From NCBI GenBank assembly GCA_016177405.1, contig JACOVG010000024.1, positions 7,079 to 71,078 of the forward strand: 64,000 nucleotides of DNA, written 5' to 3'. The DNA comes from Candidatus Omnitrophota bacterium (GTDB taxonomy: Bacteria > Omnitrophota > Gorgyraeia > 1-14-0-20-64-10). Under the pieces are notes generated by a model. The model was not told the origin of the DNA. It did no database searches and worked only from the letters and a program-made list of their open reading frames with translations. This document shows positions 39,312 to 48,081 of this stretch, piece after piece (the stretch's first letter is position 1; each line of letters opens with the position of its first letter). The translations under genes and the position numbers were made by a program.

Positions 39312-40670
39312 ATGTACCTCGTTGCTCTGCCGCCAACCCGACGGGATTCTAAGGTCTACCGGCTGGTGGACGCGCTGGTGGACGCCAAGGAGAGAGGCGT
39401 GGACGTTCAGGTGGCGCTGGACCGGAACATCGCCTGGACGGAGGATAACAATCTCGGATTCTGGAATTCCGCCGGGAAGAACGAGAAGGCCTACCGGTAT
39501 CTCCGGGAGAAGGGGGTGAAGGCCTACTTCGATGATGAGGCGGTCTTCACGCATGCCAAGGCGCTGGTGGCCGACCAGAAGACCGTGATCTTAGGCTCGA
39601 CCAACTGGAGTGAGGCGGCACTGACCCGCAACGTGGAAGCCAACGTCCTGATCCGGTCCAAGGCGTTTGCTGAAGAAATTCTGAAGGGTTTCGAGACGCT
39701 GAAGCTCTACGCGCCGGAGATCGGGAACTCCGAAACCGTCGTGGTGCCGCTGGCATTCCTCAACAGTAAGCAACTGCTGGGACGGATGGTGGCCGCCCAT
39801 GATGACCGGTCTTTTGACACCTACCTCTTTCTGCTCAAGGTCCTGGGTAAAAAAGGGGAGGGGAAAGAGGAGATCGCGGGTTATGAGGCGCTCAAGGAGC
39901 TGCTCGGAATCCGGGGCGAAAACGAGTGGAATAACGGGCGGGCTGTCAGGAGGGTCCTGAAGCGGCTGCAAGACAACTACGGGCTGGTCACCCTTTCTTA
40001 CAAGCGGGGAGAAGAACCGGTGGTTTCTCTGAAGGCGATAGAGGACCGAACCGGGCCGGGTTTGGCTTCCGGCGCGCAGGTGGTGGAGATTCCCGTCACT
40101 TACTGGGAATGGGGCTGGAATAAGGAATTGAGCTTTCCGGGAAGGGTGATGTACGTTCTGGGAACGATGTATTCCTCCGCGTCGCGGACGGCCCCGACCT
40201 GGTTCAGATCGGGGGATGATTTGGTGAAGAGACATGGTTTCGCAAGGATGTTTCTTCAGGACGGGTTTATGGACCTGCGGCGGCATAATCTGGTGGAGGT
40301 TCGGCCGGATCGGCTCAAGCCCGGGAATTACAGCGGCCGGAAGGCGAATCGGTACGCTCCCAACCCGCTGTATGACCCGCGGGAATTGAAACGCAGATTC
40401 ACGGAGCTTAAGGAACGCTACGGAAAAAAGAAGGTGCAAAAGGCCGCGGGCTACGCCTCGCTGGTCTACGAAGACAGCGATGTGGAGGCGGTGGAGCGGC
40501 TGATTCTGCTGGAGGAGGAGTTCGGGGCGGAAGTGGTCCAGCGGGCGGCGAGAGTTGTGGGGAAGATGCACGGCAGCAACCCCAAAAAGACGGTGGGGTA
40601 CCTGATCGCAACCATCCAGGGTATTGGGACCCGGGAAGGCCGGAAGGTTCCCCTTCCTAGTCGAAACTGA
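39312..40670 (+). CDS. Phospholipase D/Nuc-family protein with extended C-terminal putative DNA-binding region; reading frame is open upstream to 39138
   Basis: Single HxKxxxxD motif THAKALVAD...ILGSTNWS...NVEAN. Confidence 0.8.
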   Translation: MYLVALPPTRRDSKVYRLVDALVDAKERGVDVQVALDRNIAWTEDNNLGFWNSAGKNEKAYRYLREKGVKAYFDDEAVFTHAKALVADQKTVILGSTNWSEAALTRNVEANVLIRSKAFAEEILKGFETLKLYAPEIGNSETVVVPLAFLNSKQLLGRMVAAHDDRSFDTYLFLLKVLGKKGEGKEEIAGYEALKELLGIRGENEWNNGRAVRRVLKRLQDNYGLVTLSYKRGEEPVVSLKAIEDRTGPGLASGAQVVEIPVTYWEWGWNKELSFPGRVMYVLGTMYSSASRTAPTWFRSGDDLVKRHGFARMFLQDGFMDLRRHNLVEVRPDRLKPGNYSGRKANRYAPNPLYDPRELKRRFTELKERYGKKKVQKAAGYASLVYEDSDVEAVERLILLEEEFGAEVVQRAARVVGKMHGSNPKKTVGYLIATIQGIGTREGRKVPLPSRN

Positions 40671-40833
40671 AGTGAGTCTGGGGATTCTCTTTCTGGATCA
40701 TTCCTTGGATTACCCCGACGAGCTGTGAAGCGGCCTTGAGGGCGCTTTCCGCTTCCGTGAGGGTTCCAAGTGTTCCACCAGCGCGGCATAATTCTTTCCT
40801 AAGAGCTGGTGGGTCAGTGAATTCAAGCAGCAT
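40657..40833 (-). pseudogene. Probable HEPN toxin remnant downstream of HTH-MNT
   Basis: Fragments LLGKNYAALVEHL and TEAESALKAASQLV...ENPQ in different frames resemble HEPN partners; no RxxxxH motif. Confidence 0.4.
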
Positions 40834-41389
40834 TCGGGTTTCCCTTTAGGGGGATCTTCCTGTCGGTCAGCACTTCCTCAAGGAAAGGGTCGTTTTTGTT
40901 TCGTTTCTGGCGGTATTCGTCTTCGCTGTACAGCTTGTAGTTGATCTCCCGCTGGAGCTTCTTCTCAAGGCGCGTGATTTCCCGAACGAGTTTATCCTCC
41001 ACGCTGGGTTTTCCGACGACCAGCAGATCGATGTCGGAATCCTTCCGCTGGCCGCCCTTCGCGAAGGATCCATAGATCAGGGCTACCCTTACTTCGGGAA
41101 GCCGTTCAACGAGGTTCCGCAGGGTTCCTTCCACGCCGGTCGTTTTGGCGACGATCCTTTTCAGCTCGGGGTAAAGGGGGTGGCGGGTATCCGCCTGAAA
41201 GAAACGGGCGTGGCCTCGGTATTCACTTTTAAGGAGTCCCTCCTCCGTCAGTGAGTTTAGAGCGCGTTGAAAAACCCCGGGCTTCTTCCCCAGGGTCCTT
41301 CCTACCTCCTGCATGTAGAAGGACTTCTCGGGGTTTGTGTAGAACAAACCAAGAAGAAGAAGCCGGTTTTGGCTTAAGAGCTGTTTCAT
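40823..41389 (-). CDS. wHTH-MNT nucleotidyltransferase (TA antitoxin/regulator)
   Basis: N-terminal wHTH; IYGSFAKG...DSDIDLLVVG and REINYKLY. Confidence 0.85.
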   Translation of the reverse strand: MKQLLSQNRLLLLGLFYTNPEKSFYMQEVGRTLGKKPGVFQRALNSLTEEGLLKSEYRGHARFFQADTRHPLYPELKRIVAKTTGVEGTLRNLVERLPEVRVALIYGSFAKGGQRKDSDIDLLVVGKPSVEDKLVREITRLEKKLQREINYKLYSEDEYRQKRNKNDPFLEEVLTDRKIPLKGNPNAA

Positions 41390-41459
41390 CGGGCCAATTG
41401 TCGATCTGCATACGATTGTATGCATAATGCATAGATTTGGAAGGGAATTGTGAATCCCG

Positions 41460-41525
41460 GCCCGCAACAGAAGGGAATTGACCGGCCTGAAAAAAATCGG
41501 TATCATCAAACTCATCATGCCGTTT
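41460..41525 (+). repeat. 66-bp direct repeat, left copy (attL-like)
   Basis: Identical to 60810-60875. Confidence 0.95.
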
Positions 41526-41859
41526 TCGAAAAAAAGGTGCCAGGCGCCTCAAGAGCTAAAACAAAAAGCACCAGGCGGGAAGAGTTGACCGCGAGAGCGC
41601 CAAAGTTGCGAGGGTAAAGCAGGGAGATGTCGCTCTTTAAAGGTGTTCTTTGAAAGTGATTGAAGCTGATTGCGAACCTTGATAACATACCGCTCATGGA
41701 TGGGGAGCTGTGGGAGCTATAAAATTCAAGAAATAAATACTTTTAGAAATCAGGGGGGGGGGGCGCCTCGAAACTGTAGATTTTTCCCAAGGCAGATACG
41801 GCGGCCTGTTTGCCAGGAGAAGTGATGGCGAACGGGCCGCCGCATTTTTATAACACCCC

Positions 41860-43155
41860 ATGAGCAATCCGCCCATTAAAGTGTTGTTGATCGAGGACGA
41901 TGCCGAATGCGCAGACGCCCTGCGGGAAATGCTGTCTCAAGAGAAGAACCCTTCCTTCGAGATGGAATGCGCCAAGAAGCTCCAGACAGGGTTGGAACGC
42001 CTTGCAAAAGGCGGCATCCATGTCGTCTTATTGGACCTGGTCCTTCCGGATTCTCAAGGACTTGACACGTTGGCGAGGGTGCAGGCGCAGGCGGCTGAGA
42101 TTCCGATCATCGTTGTGACGGGTATGGCGGATGAAACGCATGCCCTGGAGGCTTTGAGGCATGGGGCGCAGGAGTATCTGGTCAAGGGGGAGGTGCATGG
42201 CAAGATGCTCTCGCGCGTCATGCGCTATGCCATGGAGCGTATGTGTGCGGAAGAACGTGTCAAGGTGGAGAAGGCGCAGGCGGAACGCCTGGCCAAAGAA
42301 TTGGATCGGGTCGTCAAGGAATTGAAGGAAGCCCAGGAAGAGATGCTCCGCCGCGAGAAGGTTCTCGCCACAGGGGAACTGGCCGCTGCGGTAGCGCACG
42401 AGATCCGGAATCCCCTATCCATCATTTCCATGTCGGTCCAGTACCTCCAATCCAAGTTTCTCTCCAAGGACCCCCGCCGGGAGTTCACCGAGGCCATTGT
42501 CCGAAAGGTTCAGAGGCTGGATGCCGTTACCAAGCGCCTGGTCTCCTACGGCCGGCACCGAGAGCTTAAACTGGTCCGCCGCAATCTGAAACGGTGCCTG
42601 GGTCGGACCTTAAGCCTGATGAAGGTTCACTGCAAAGCCCAAGGGATCGCCATCGTTCGCCGGTACAGCTCGAAGCTCCCCCTGGTGGTGGTGGACGAGG
42701 AGATGCTCGATGAGGCGCTCACCAATCTGCTCACCAACGCGGTGGAGGCGATGCCAAAGGGGGGCAAACTTATGTTGGAGGCGGCCTACGATCCGGCGCG
42801 AGACGAAGCCGTCATCAAGATAAACGACACCGGCATAGGCATCTTGCCCAAGTACCGTGAGGACCTCTTTAAGCCCTTCTTCAGCACCAAGAAGGAAAGC
42901 GGCGGCACCGGCTTAGGACTTGCCATCTCCCATCGGATTATTGCTGACCATGGGGGGAGCGTCACGGTCGAGAGTTGCATCTCGGGAGCGAACCGTGGGA
43001 CCAGCTTTACCATCCGATTGCCAGTCAAGGGGCCCCATCTCTTGCCGCCGTCGTCACGCGCATCCGCTGTTTCATTCGGAGATTATGACAAACAAGGTAA
43101 AAAAGTCGTTGAGTCAGAAACCGCCCACCACGCCGCCGCGTCTGCTCATCATTGA
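41860..43155 (+). CDS. Hybrid receiver-histidine kinase
   Basis: REC domain (LLDLVLPD), AHEIRNPL, NLLTNAVEAM, DTGIGI and GTGLGLAI. Confidence 0.93.
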   Translation: MSNPPIKVLLIEDDAECADALREMLSQEKNPSFEMECAKKLQTGLERLAKGGIHVVLLDLVLPDSQGLDTLARVQAQAAEIPIIVVTGMADETHALEALRHGAQEYLVKGEVHGKMLSRVMRYAMERMCAEERVKVEKAQAERLAKELDRVVKELKEAQEEMLRREKVLATGELAAAVAHEIRNPLSIISMSVQYLQSKFLSKDPRREFTEAIVRKVQRLDAVTKRLVSYGRHRELKLVRRNLKRCLGRTLSLMKVHCKAQGIAIVRRYSSKLPLVVVDEEMLDEALTNLLTNAVEAMPKGGKLMLEAAYDPARDEAVIKINDTGIGILPKYREDLFKPFFSTKKESGGTGLGLAISHRIIADHGGSVTVESCISGANRGTSFTIRLPVKGPHLLPPSSRASAVSFGDYDKQGKKVVESETAHHAAASAHH

Positions 43156-44548
43156 CGACGAACCGGACGCAGGCCGGATTCTTTCAAGGATTCTGGGTGA
43201 GCAAGGGTTCGCCGTAGAGACCGCCGCCTCGGGAGAGGAGGGCCTTAGAAGCGTTGAGCGCAGGGCTCCCGATCTGGTCCTGCTTGACGTGGCCCTGCCC
43301 ACGTGGGACGGAATCGAAACGCTGCGGCGGATCAAGGCGCTTAGACCGCAGACAGCGGTCATCATGATGACCGGCCACGAGGCGGTCAAGACGGCGGTGG
43401 AGGCAATGAAATGCGGGGCTTATGACTATCTCCCCAAACCTCTTCCGATGGATCGGCTTCCCCAGATTCTCCGTCAGGCGCTTCAGGTGCGGGCCCTGGA
43501 GCAATCCGCATTTTCCAAGATGCCCACGCGACCGGAACCGGTTGCCCCGGAGGAGATGGTCGGCCAGCACTTAAGCATGGTGGCGATCTTCGATCTTGTC
43601 CGCAGGATCGCCCCCCAGGACTTGACCGTGCTGATTCGGGGAGAGAGCGGAACCGGCAAGGAGCTGATTGCCCGGGCGATCCATACGCTGTCTTTAAAGC
43701 GAGAGAAGCCGTTCGTGCCGGTGGATTGCGCGAGCCTCCCCGAGCCGCTCTTTGAAAGCGAGCTTTTCGGATATGAGCGAGGAGCTTTCACGGGAGCGGA
43801 CGCGCCTAAGGAGGGAAGATTCGAGCAGGCCGAGGGCGGCACGCTCTTCCTGGATGAGATTGGCAACCTGACCCTTGCCGCTCAGGCGAAGCTGTTGCGC
43901 GTCCTCCAGGAACGAGAGATCATCCGGCTGGGAGGCAAGCGCCCCATCAAGATCCATGTGCGTATTTTGGCGGCGACCAACCAGAATCTTGAAAATCTGA
44001 TGGAGAGACAGCTCTTCCGTGAAGACCTCTTTCATCGGCTGAATGTTTTCTCAATCACCCTTCCTCCCCTGCGCCACAGGGGTGAGGATGTGAAGCTTTT
44101 GTGCCGATTTTTCATCAACCGGTTTAATCAAGAGCTGGGCAAGCGGGTCTGCGGCATTTCGGACGAAGCGATGAAACTTCTGTCGAGCTACTTCTGGCCT
44201 GGGAATGTCCGGGAATTGGAAAACACCGTAAAGGGCGCGCTCCTCTTGGCTGATGAGGAGATTTTTCCGGAGCATCTGCCGGAGAAGGTTCAGAGCATGG
44301 GGGCGAGAGGCGGGAGGGAGGAAGCCGGGTTGCCAGGCAACGGAGGGCCTCTTTCCTCGGGATCCCTTCGGGAGATCAGCCGCCGCGCCGCGGAAGGAAC
44401 GGAGAAGCAGCTGATCCTGCGCACCTTGAGGGAGACCCATGGGAACAAAAGGGCTTCCGCTCAAAGGCTGGGCATCGACTACAAAACCCTTTTCAACAAG
44501 CTAAAGGCCTTTGGGGTTACCAAGGATCAGGTGGAGGAGATGAGGTAG
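43085..44548 (+). CDS. Sigma54-dependent NtrC-family response regulator (bEBP)
   Basis: REC domain, GESGTGKE, GAFTGA, LFLDEIG, WPGNVREL and Fis HTH. Confidence 0.95.
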   Translation: MTNKVKKSLSQKPPTTPPRLLIIDDEPDAGRILSRILGEQGFAVETAASGEEGLRSVERRAPDLVLLDVALPTWDGIETLRRIKALRPQTAVIMMTGHEAVKTAVEAMKCGAYDYLPKPLPMDRLPQILRQALQVRALEQSAFSKMPTRPEPVAPEEMVGQHLSMVAIFDLVRRIAPQDLTVLIRGESGTGKELIARAIHTLSLKREKPFVPVDCASLPEPLFESELFGYERGAFTGADAPKEGRFEQAEGGTLFLDEIGNLTLAAQAKLLRVLQEREIIRLGGKRPIKIHVRILAATNQNLENLMERQLFREDLFHRLNVFSITLPPLRHRGEDVKLLCRFFINRFNQELGKRVCGISDEAMKLLSSYFWPGNVRELENTVKGALLLADEEIFPEHLPEKVQSMGARGGREEAGLPGNGGPLSSGSLREISRRAAEGTEKQLILRTLRETHGNKRASAQRLGIDYKTLFNKLKAFGVTKDQVEEMR

Positions 44549-44552
44549 GCCT

Positions 44553-44921
44553 ATGGCTAAACTGCTGATTGTAGATGATGAAAAAGACCTTTGCTGGGTG
44601 TTTCAAAGGATCTTTCAGGAAGAGGGGCACTCGGTGGCCACAGCGACCACAGGCCAAGAGGGGATTGCCAAGGCCAGGGTTGACCAGCCGGACTTGATCT
44701 TCCTGGATCTCAAGATGCCTTCGATGGATGGGATTACCTGCTTGAAGAGGCTCCGAACGGTTTCCAAGGTTTCCAAGGTTGTGGTTTTGACCGGCTATGG
44801 TACCTTGAAGACGGCCAAGGAGGCGATGCGCTTGGGTGCCTACGATTACACCGCCAAGCCGTTCGATCTGGACCTCATTCGGGATCTTATCCAAGAAGTG
44901 GCTTCGGTGGCCGGAAGGTAA
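44553..44921 (+). CDS. Single-domain response regulator
   Basis: IVDDE, FLDLKMP and AKPF. Confidence 0.92.
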   Translation: MAKLLIVDDEKDLCWVFQRIFQEEGHSVATATTGQEGIAKARVDQPDLIFLDLKMPSMDGITCLKRLRTVSKVSKVVVLTGYGTLKTAKEAMRLGAYDYTAKPFDLDLIRDLIQEVASVAGR

Positions 44922-44928
44922 AGGTTGC

Positions 44929-45591
44929 GTGCGCCAGCTTATCTACATCCCCGTCATCCACACGCAGGTCGACATGGGTTCCATGGGCGGGTCCTTGAAA
45001 GAGGCCTATCTTTCCCGCTACGGAGAGGAGAGGTGGGCCAGCCACGTCAAGGCGATCGAGCAGATGTGGGATGGCATCAAGCGCAAGCTGGGTGCCCTGG
45101 TTCTTGACCCTCCGAGAACGAAACTCTACCAAGATGGTTTGCCCCTCTGCGGAAAGGAGCTTGAGATTGTGACCGAGGTTGCCGCCAGGGGCAGCCGAAA
45201 TCACCAGATTCTTCTCGACCTCGTCCAGAAAGGTTGCGTGCTCATCGGGACAGAATCCCCTCAACTTCTGGTGAAGGAATATCGCCAGATCAAGGAAGCC
45301 GCCGAAGAGGGGAACCGTCCCAAGCCTTTCTGGGAACGGCTGCGGTCACGATGGCAAGCCCAGCAGTTGCTTCTAAGACGCGACCGGTTCATCGCCCGGC
45401 GGATTGCCGAGACCCTTCGTGAGGGTGAAACCGGTCTGCTGTTCATGGGGATTCAACATGGGGTGGACCGCTACCTGCCAAACAGTTTCTCCGTGAGGTA
45501 CCTCTTCCACCGGCTGCCCTTCCAGTACACGAGCCGATTTTCTTCCCCCCCACCGTCATCCTCTCCCCCAAAGGGGGAGAGTGGGAGTTGA
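44929..45591 (+). CDS. Conserved hypothetical protein
   Basis: LIYIPVIHT..DMGS, LYQDGLP.CG, LIGTESP and RDRFIARRI; GTG start inferred. Confidence 0.7.
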   Translation: MRQLIYIPVIHTQVDMGSMGGSLKEAYLSRYGEERWASHVKAIEQMWDGIKRKLGALVLDPPRTKLYQDGLPLCGKELEIVTEVAARGSRNHQILLDLVQKGCVLIGTESPQLLVKEYRQIKEAAEEGNRPKPFWERLRSRWQAQQLLLRRDRFIARRIAETLREGETGLLFMGIQHGVDRYLPNSFSVRYLFHRLPFQYTSRFSSPPPSSSPPKGESGS

Positions 45592-45597
45592 GGGGGT

Positions 45598-45638
45598 TAT
45601 GGAATCCGATCCATAGGACTATGGAACTGGTTCCATAG
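45598..45638. promoter_or_regulatory. Tandem palindromic enhancer (UAS) sites for the bEBP
   Basis: TATGGA-N6-TCCATA occurs twice (TATGGAATCCGATCCATA; CTATGGAACTGGTTCCATAG), ~130-170 bp upstream of the sigma54 promoter. Confidence 0.7.
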
Positions 45639-45764
45639 AATTCCCATTCCTCTGGGTGTCTCAAAACAGAAGCTACAAACACTCTTTCTCTGGTTGAGTC
45701 CCTAACTCATTGCCTTCTCTTAAGTTATGTGGTTTTCCAGAAATCCTGAAGGCTTTTACGAGGT

Positions 45765-45781
45765 TTGGCATGGCTATTGCT
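45765..45781 (+). promoter_or_regulatory. Sigma54 -24/-12 promoter of the gvp operon
   Basis: TTGGCATGGCTATTGCT matches the YTGGCAC-N5-TTGCW consensus. Confidence 0.85.
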
Positions 45782-45828
45782 CAATTAATATGTGGTGAAG
45801 AAGCAGGGTGTCCAAGGAGCATCTCTGA

Positions 45829-46206
45829 TTGACTGAAAAAACGATCCTCTTGGTGGATGACGAAAAAGACATGGGTTGGGTGATCAAACAAATCTTGACG
45901 GACGCGGGCTACCGTGTGGTGACGGCGAAAACAGGAGCCGAAGGCCTCGCGAAGTTTCGGCAAGTCACCCCATCGGTCCGACTGGTCCTTCTCGATCTGC
46001 GTCTCCCAGACATGAGCGGCATTGAACTCCTCAAGCGGATCAAAGCGATCTCCTCACGCACGAAGATCCTCATGATTACAGCTTTTGGGACCTTGGAATC
46101 AAAGAAAGAGGCAAAGTCGGCGGGCGCCATGGAGGTGTTGGACAAGCCATTCCGTGTGGAGAAGGTCTTGAAGGCGGCGCGTTTGGCCTTCGAGGTTGGA
46201 GGGTAG
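45829..46206 (+). CDS. Single-domain response regulator
   Basis: LVDDE, LLDLRLPD and DKPF; AAGGAG RBS and TTG start. Confidence 0.9.
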   Translation: MTEKTILLVDDEKDMGWVIKQILTDAGYRVVTAKTGAEGLAKFRQVTPSVRLVLLDLRLPDMSGIELLKRIKAISSRTKILMITAFGTLESKKEAKSAGAMEVLDKPFRVEKVLKAARLAFEVGG

Positions 46207-46243
46207 ATGAACAGCAAGAGAATAATAAAAGGAGGGTACTCAA

Positions 46244-46453
46244 ATGGCCGTTGAGAAAACCATCGCTGGGGCTTCCCTGGCTGAGGTGTTGGATCGGATC
46301 CTGGACAAGGGTCTCGTCATCGATGCCTGGGTGAGAGCGTCGTTGGTCGGCATCGAGTTGCTTGGCATTGAGGCTCGGGTGGTTGTGGCGTCCGTTGAGA
46401 CGTTCCTCAAGTATGCCGAGGCGGTCGGATTGACGGCTGGGGCAACGGCGTAA
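46244..46453 (+). CDS. gvpA: Major gas vesicle shell protein GvpA
   Basis: MAVEK...[49 protein letters not shown]; strong AAGGAGG RBS. Confidence 0.98.
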   Translation: MAVEKTIAGASLAEVLDRILDKGLVIDAWVRASLVGIELLGIEARVVVASVETFLKYAEAVGLTAGATA

Positions 46454-46482
46454 TTCGCCCAAGCTGGACAGATTTCGAGCAT

Positions 46483-46528
46483 CCCTCGGGGGCACCGCCG
46501 GTTAAGAAGAACCGGCGGGCCCCCGGGG
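46483..46528 (+). terminator. Long stem-loop after gvpA (mRNA stabiliser or partial terminator)
   Basis: CCGCCGGTT-AAGAAG-AACCGGCGG core extended by GGGGGC/GCCCCC; no U-tract. Confidence 0.6.
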
Positions 46529-46562
46529 AGCCGGGAAAGGCAAAAAAAGGAGGCGAGCCAAA

Positions 46563-47375
46563 ATGGGTTTCTCAGATGATATGAAAGAAACGTGTGAGAT
46601 GCTTGCCCAAAGCCGCTCGAATCGGGACAGGGCGATGAAGGAACTCCACAACGTTCACTCCAAGGACCGAATGGAGCGCAGGGCCACGATCAAGCGGACT
46701 GCCGGGGATGTCAAGCATCTCTTCAGCGATGTCCATGTGCTGATCCAGCATTTCCATGCCGACCGGGGGAAGATGAGCAAGGAGATGCAAGAAATGCTGG
46801 GGACCTTTTTTGAAAACACCCGGAAAGAAACTCAAGGAATCCTCAAGGAGGCCCGATCGTTCCTGAGGGGTTTCCGAGGGGAGCAAAGAAAGATGGCCGA
46901 GGAGCTGCACCAGATGCTGGAGGGGTATGCCCAGAGAATCCATAGGGATACCAACCGTTTCATGAAGGAGTTCCACTCCCAGTTTGAGGCAACGTGCGAA
47001 AAGGAAGGCGAGGAGCGGAAGACTTTCTTCAACGGAATCCGGCGTCAGGTCGGCGGCATTCGGCGTGATGTGGGCCAGATGCGGAAGGGTTTCCAAGAAG
47101 CTCAAAAGGCTCTTCATACCGATTTTCAGAAGGCGCAGGCATTCTGGAAGGAGTTTGACGGCGGTATGCGTCAGCCTAAGGCCATCCTAAAGGCGAAGGT
47201 TTCCGGTTTGCAGGCTCGCATCATGTCGACCCTGAAGGGTTCTCGGGAAGGGATGACGCTGAAGGAATTGAGCTATGCGATGGGCATGCCGGAGAAGAGC
47301 CTCAATCGCGTTTTGTCTCGGATGCGCCGGGAGAGGCATCTCCGCAAGCGCAAGAGCACCTTTTTTGCGCGATAA
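46563..47375 (+). CDS. GvpC-like helical repeat protein with C-terminal wHTH
   Basis: Position after gvpA, amphipathic Phe-spaced helices, and the C-terminal segment GMTLKELSYAMG... Confidence 0.65.
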   Translation: MGFSDDMKETCEMLAQSRSNRDRAMKELHNVHSKDRMERRATIKRTAGDVKHLFSDVHVLIQHFHADRGKMSKEMQEMLGTFFENTRKETQGILKEARSFLRGFRGEQRKMAEELHQMLEGYAQRIHRDTNRFMKEFHSQFEATCEKEGEERKTFFNGIRRQVGGIRRDVGQMRKGFQEAQKALHTDFQKAQAFWKEFDGGMRQPKAILKAKVSGLQARIMSTLKGSREGMTLKELSYAMGMPEKSLNRVLSRMRRERHLRKRKSTFFAR

Positions 47376-47384
47376 ACAAAACGG

Positions 47385-47426
47385 GGGGAAAGGGGCGAGA
47401 CCCCTTGGGGCCGGGCTCCTTTCCCC
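47385..47426 (+). terminator. Stem-loop after the gvpC-like gene
   Basis: GGGGAAAGGGGC...GCTCCTTTCCCC. Confidence 0.45.
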
Positions 47427-47452
47427 TATCGGCCTGACGAGGTGCGTAACCT

Positions 47453-47644
47453 ATGGACGGGTTTGGGGAATCCTTCAAGGAACTTGAGCGAGACGAGCTT
47501 CATGAGGAACTCTTGAATCGTTTCCTGGATCTCTATTCTGTCTGGAGACGCACGGGAGAGGGGCGCCTGCTGGCGCTGGCGACAGAGGTGGCTAAGGATC
47601 TGGAATTGATTGACCCGGAATTTCACTTTGGGAAGGCGGCCTGA
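47453..47644 (+). CDS. Small hypothetical protein in the gvp operon
   Basis: GAGG RBS; stop coupled to the next ATG. Confidence 0.6.
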   Translation: MDGFGESFKELERDELHEELLNRFLDLYSVWRRTGEGRLLALATEVAKDLELIDPEFHFGKAA

Positions 47645-48081
47645 TGAAACGAGAAAGCCTGTTGAACTTAAAGACCTGTCGTGAGATTGTGACCGGGATG
47701 GACATTGCCAGGGGGAAGCGGTCCGCCCCAACGATGTTCCAGAAGATGCGCCGGATCGTCAGTCAGGGAACAGGAGAATTTACCCCGCATGTCAACGAAG
47801 CTACCCTGGCCGTTGAGATGGATAAAGAGCGCCGGCGATTCGGCCGGCGGTATCAAAAGGTGGAACGAGCCGCGGCCAAGATTTTAGGATTCCGTCGAAA
47901 ACTGGCCGCCACCCATGAGAAAAACCGGCGGATCATGGACTTGAGGATCGATCTACAGCGCCAGTACTGGGAAAACACCAGGCCGGCAGGTCTTAAGGCG
48001 CCCTGTTTGGCCGGAGCAGTCACCGAGGCAGAGGGACGAAGGATTAAAGTGCGACGTTTGCGCTACGGAGGGAGATCTTGA
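47644..48081 (+). CDS. Basic coiled-coil hypothetical protein upstream of gvpN
   Basis: Translationally coupled on both sides. Confidence 0.6.
   Translation: MKRESLLNLKTCREIVTGMDIARGKRSAPTMFQKMRRIVSQGTGEFTPHVNEATLAVEMDKERRRFGRRYQKVERAAAKILGFRRKLAATHEKNRRIMDLRIDLQRQYWENTRPAGLKAPCLAGAVTEAEGRRIKVRRLRYGGRS

Noticed and set aside
41390-41518. N-terminal extension of the wHTH-MNT ORF
   Set aside because: It reads through the promoter and the 66-bp repeat; domain homology starts at 41389
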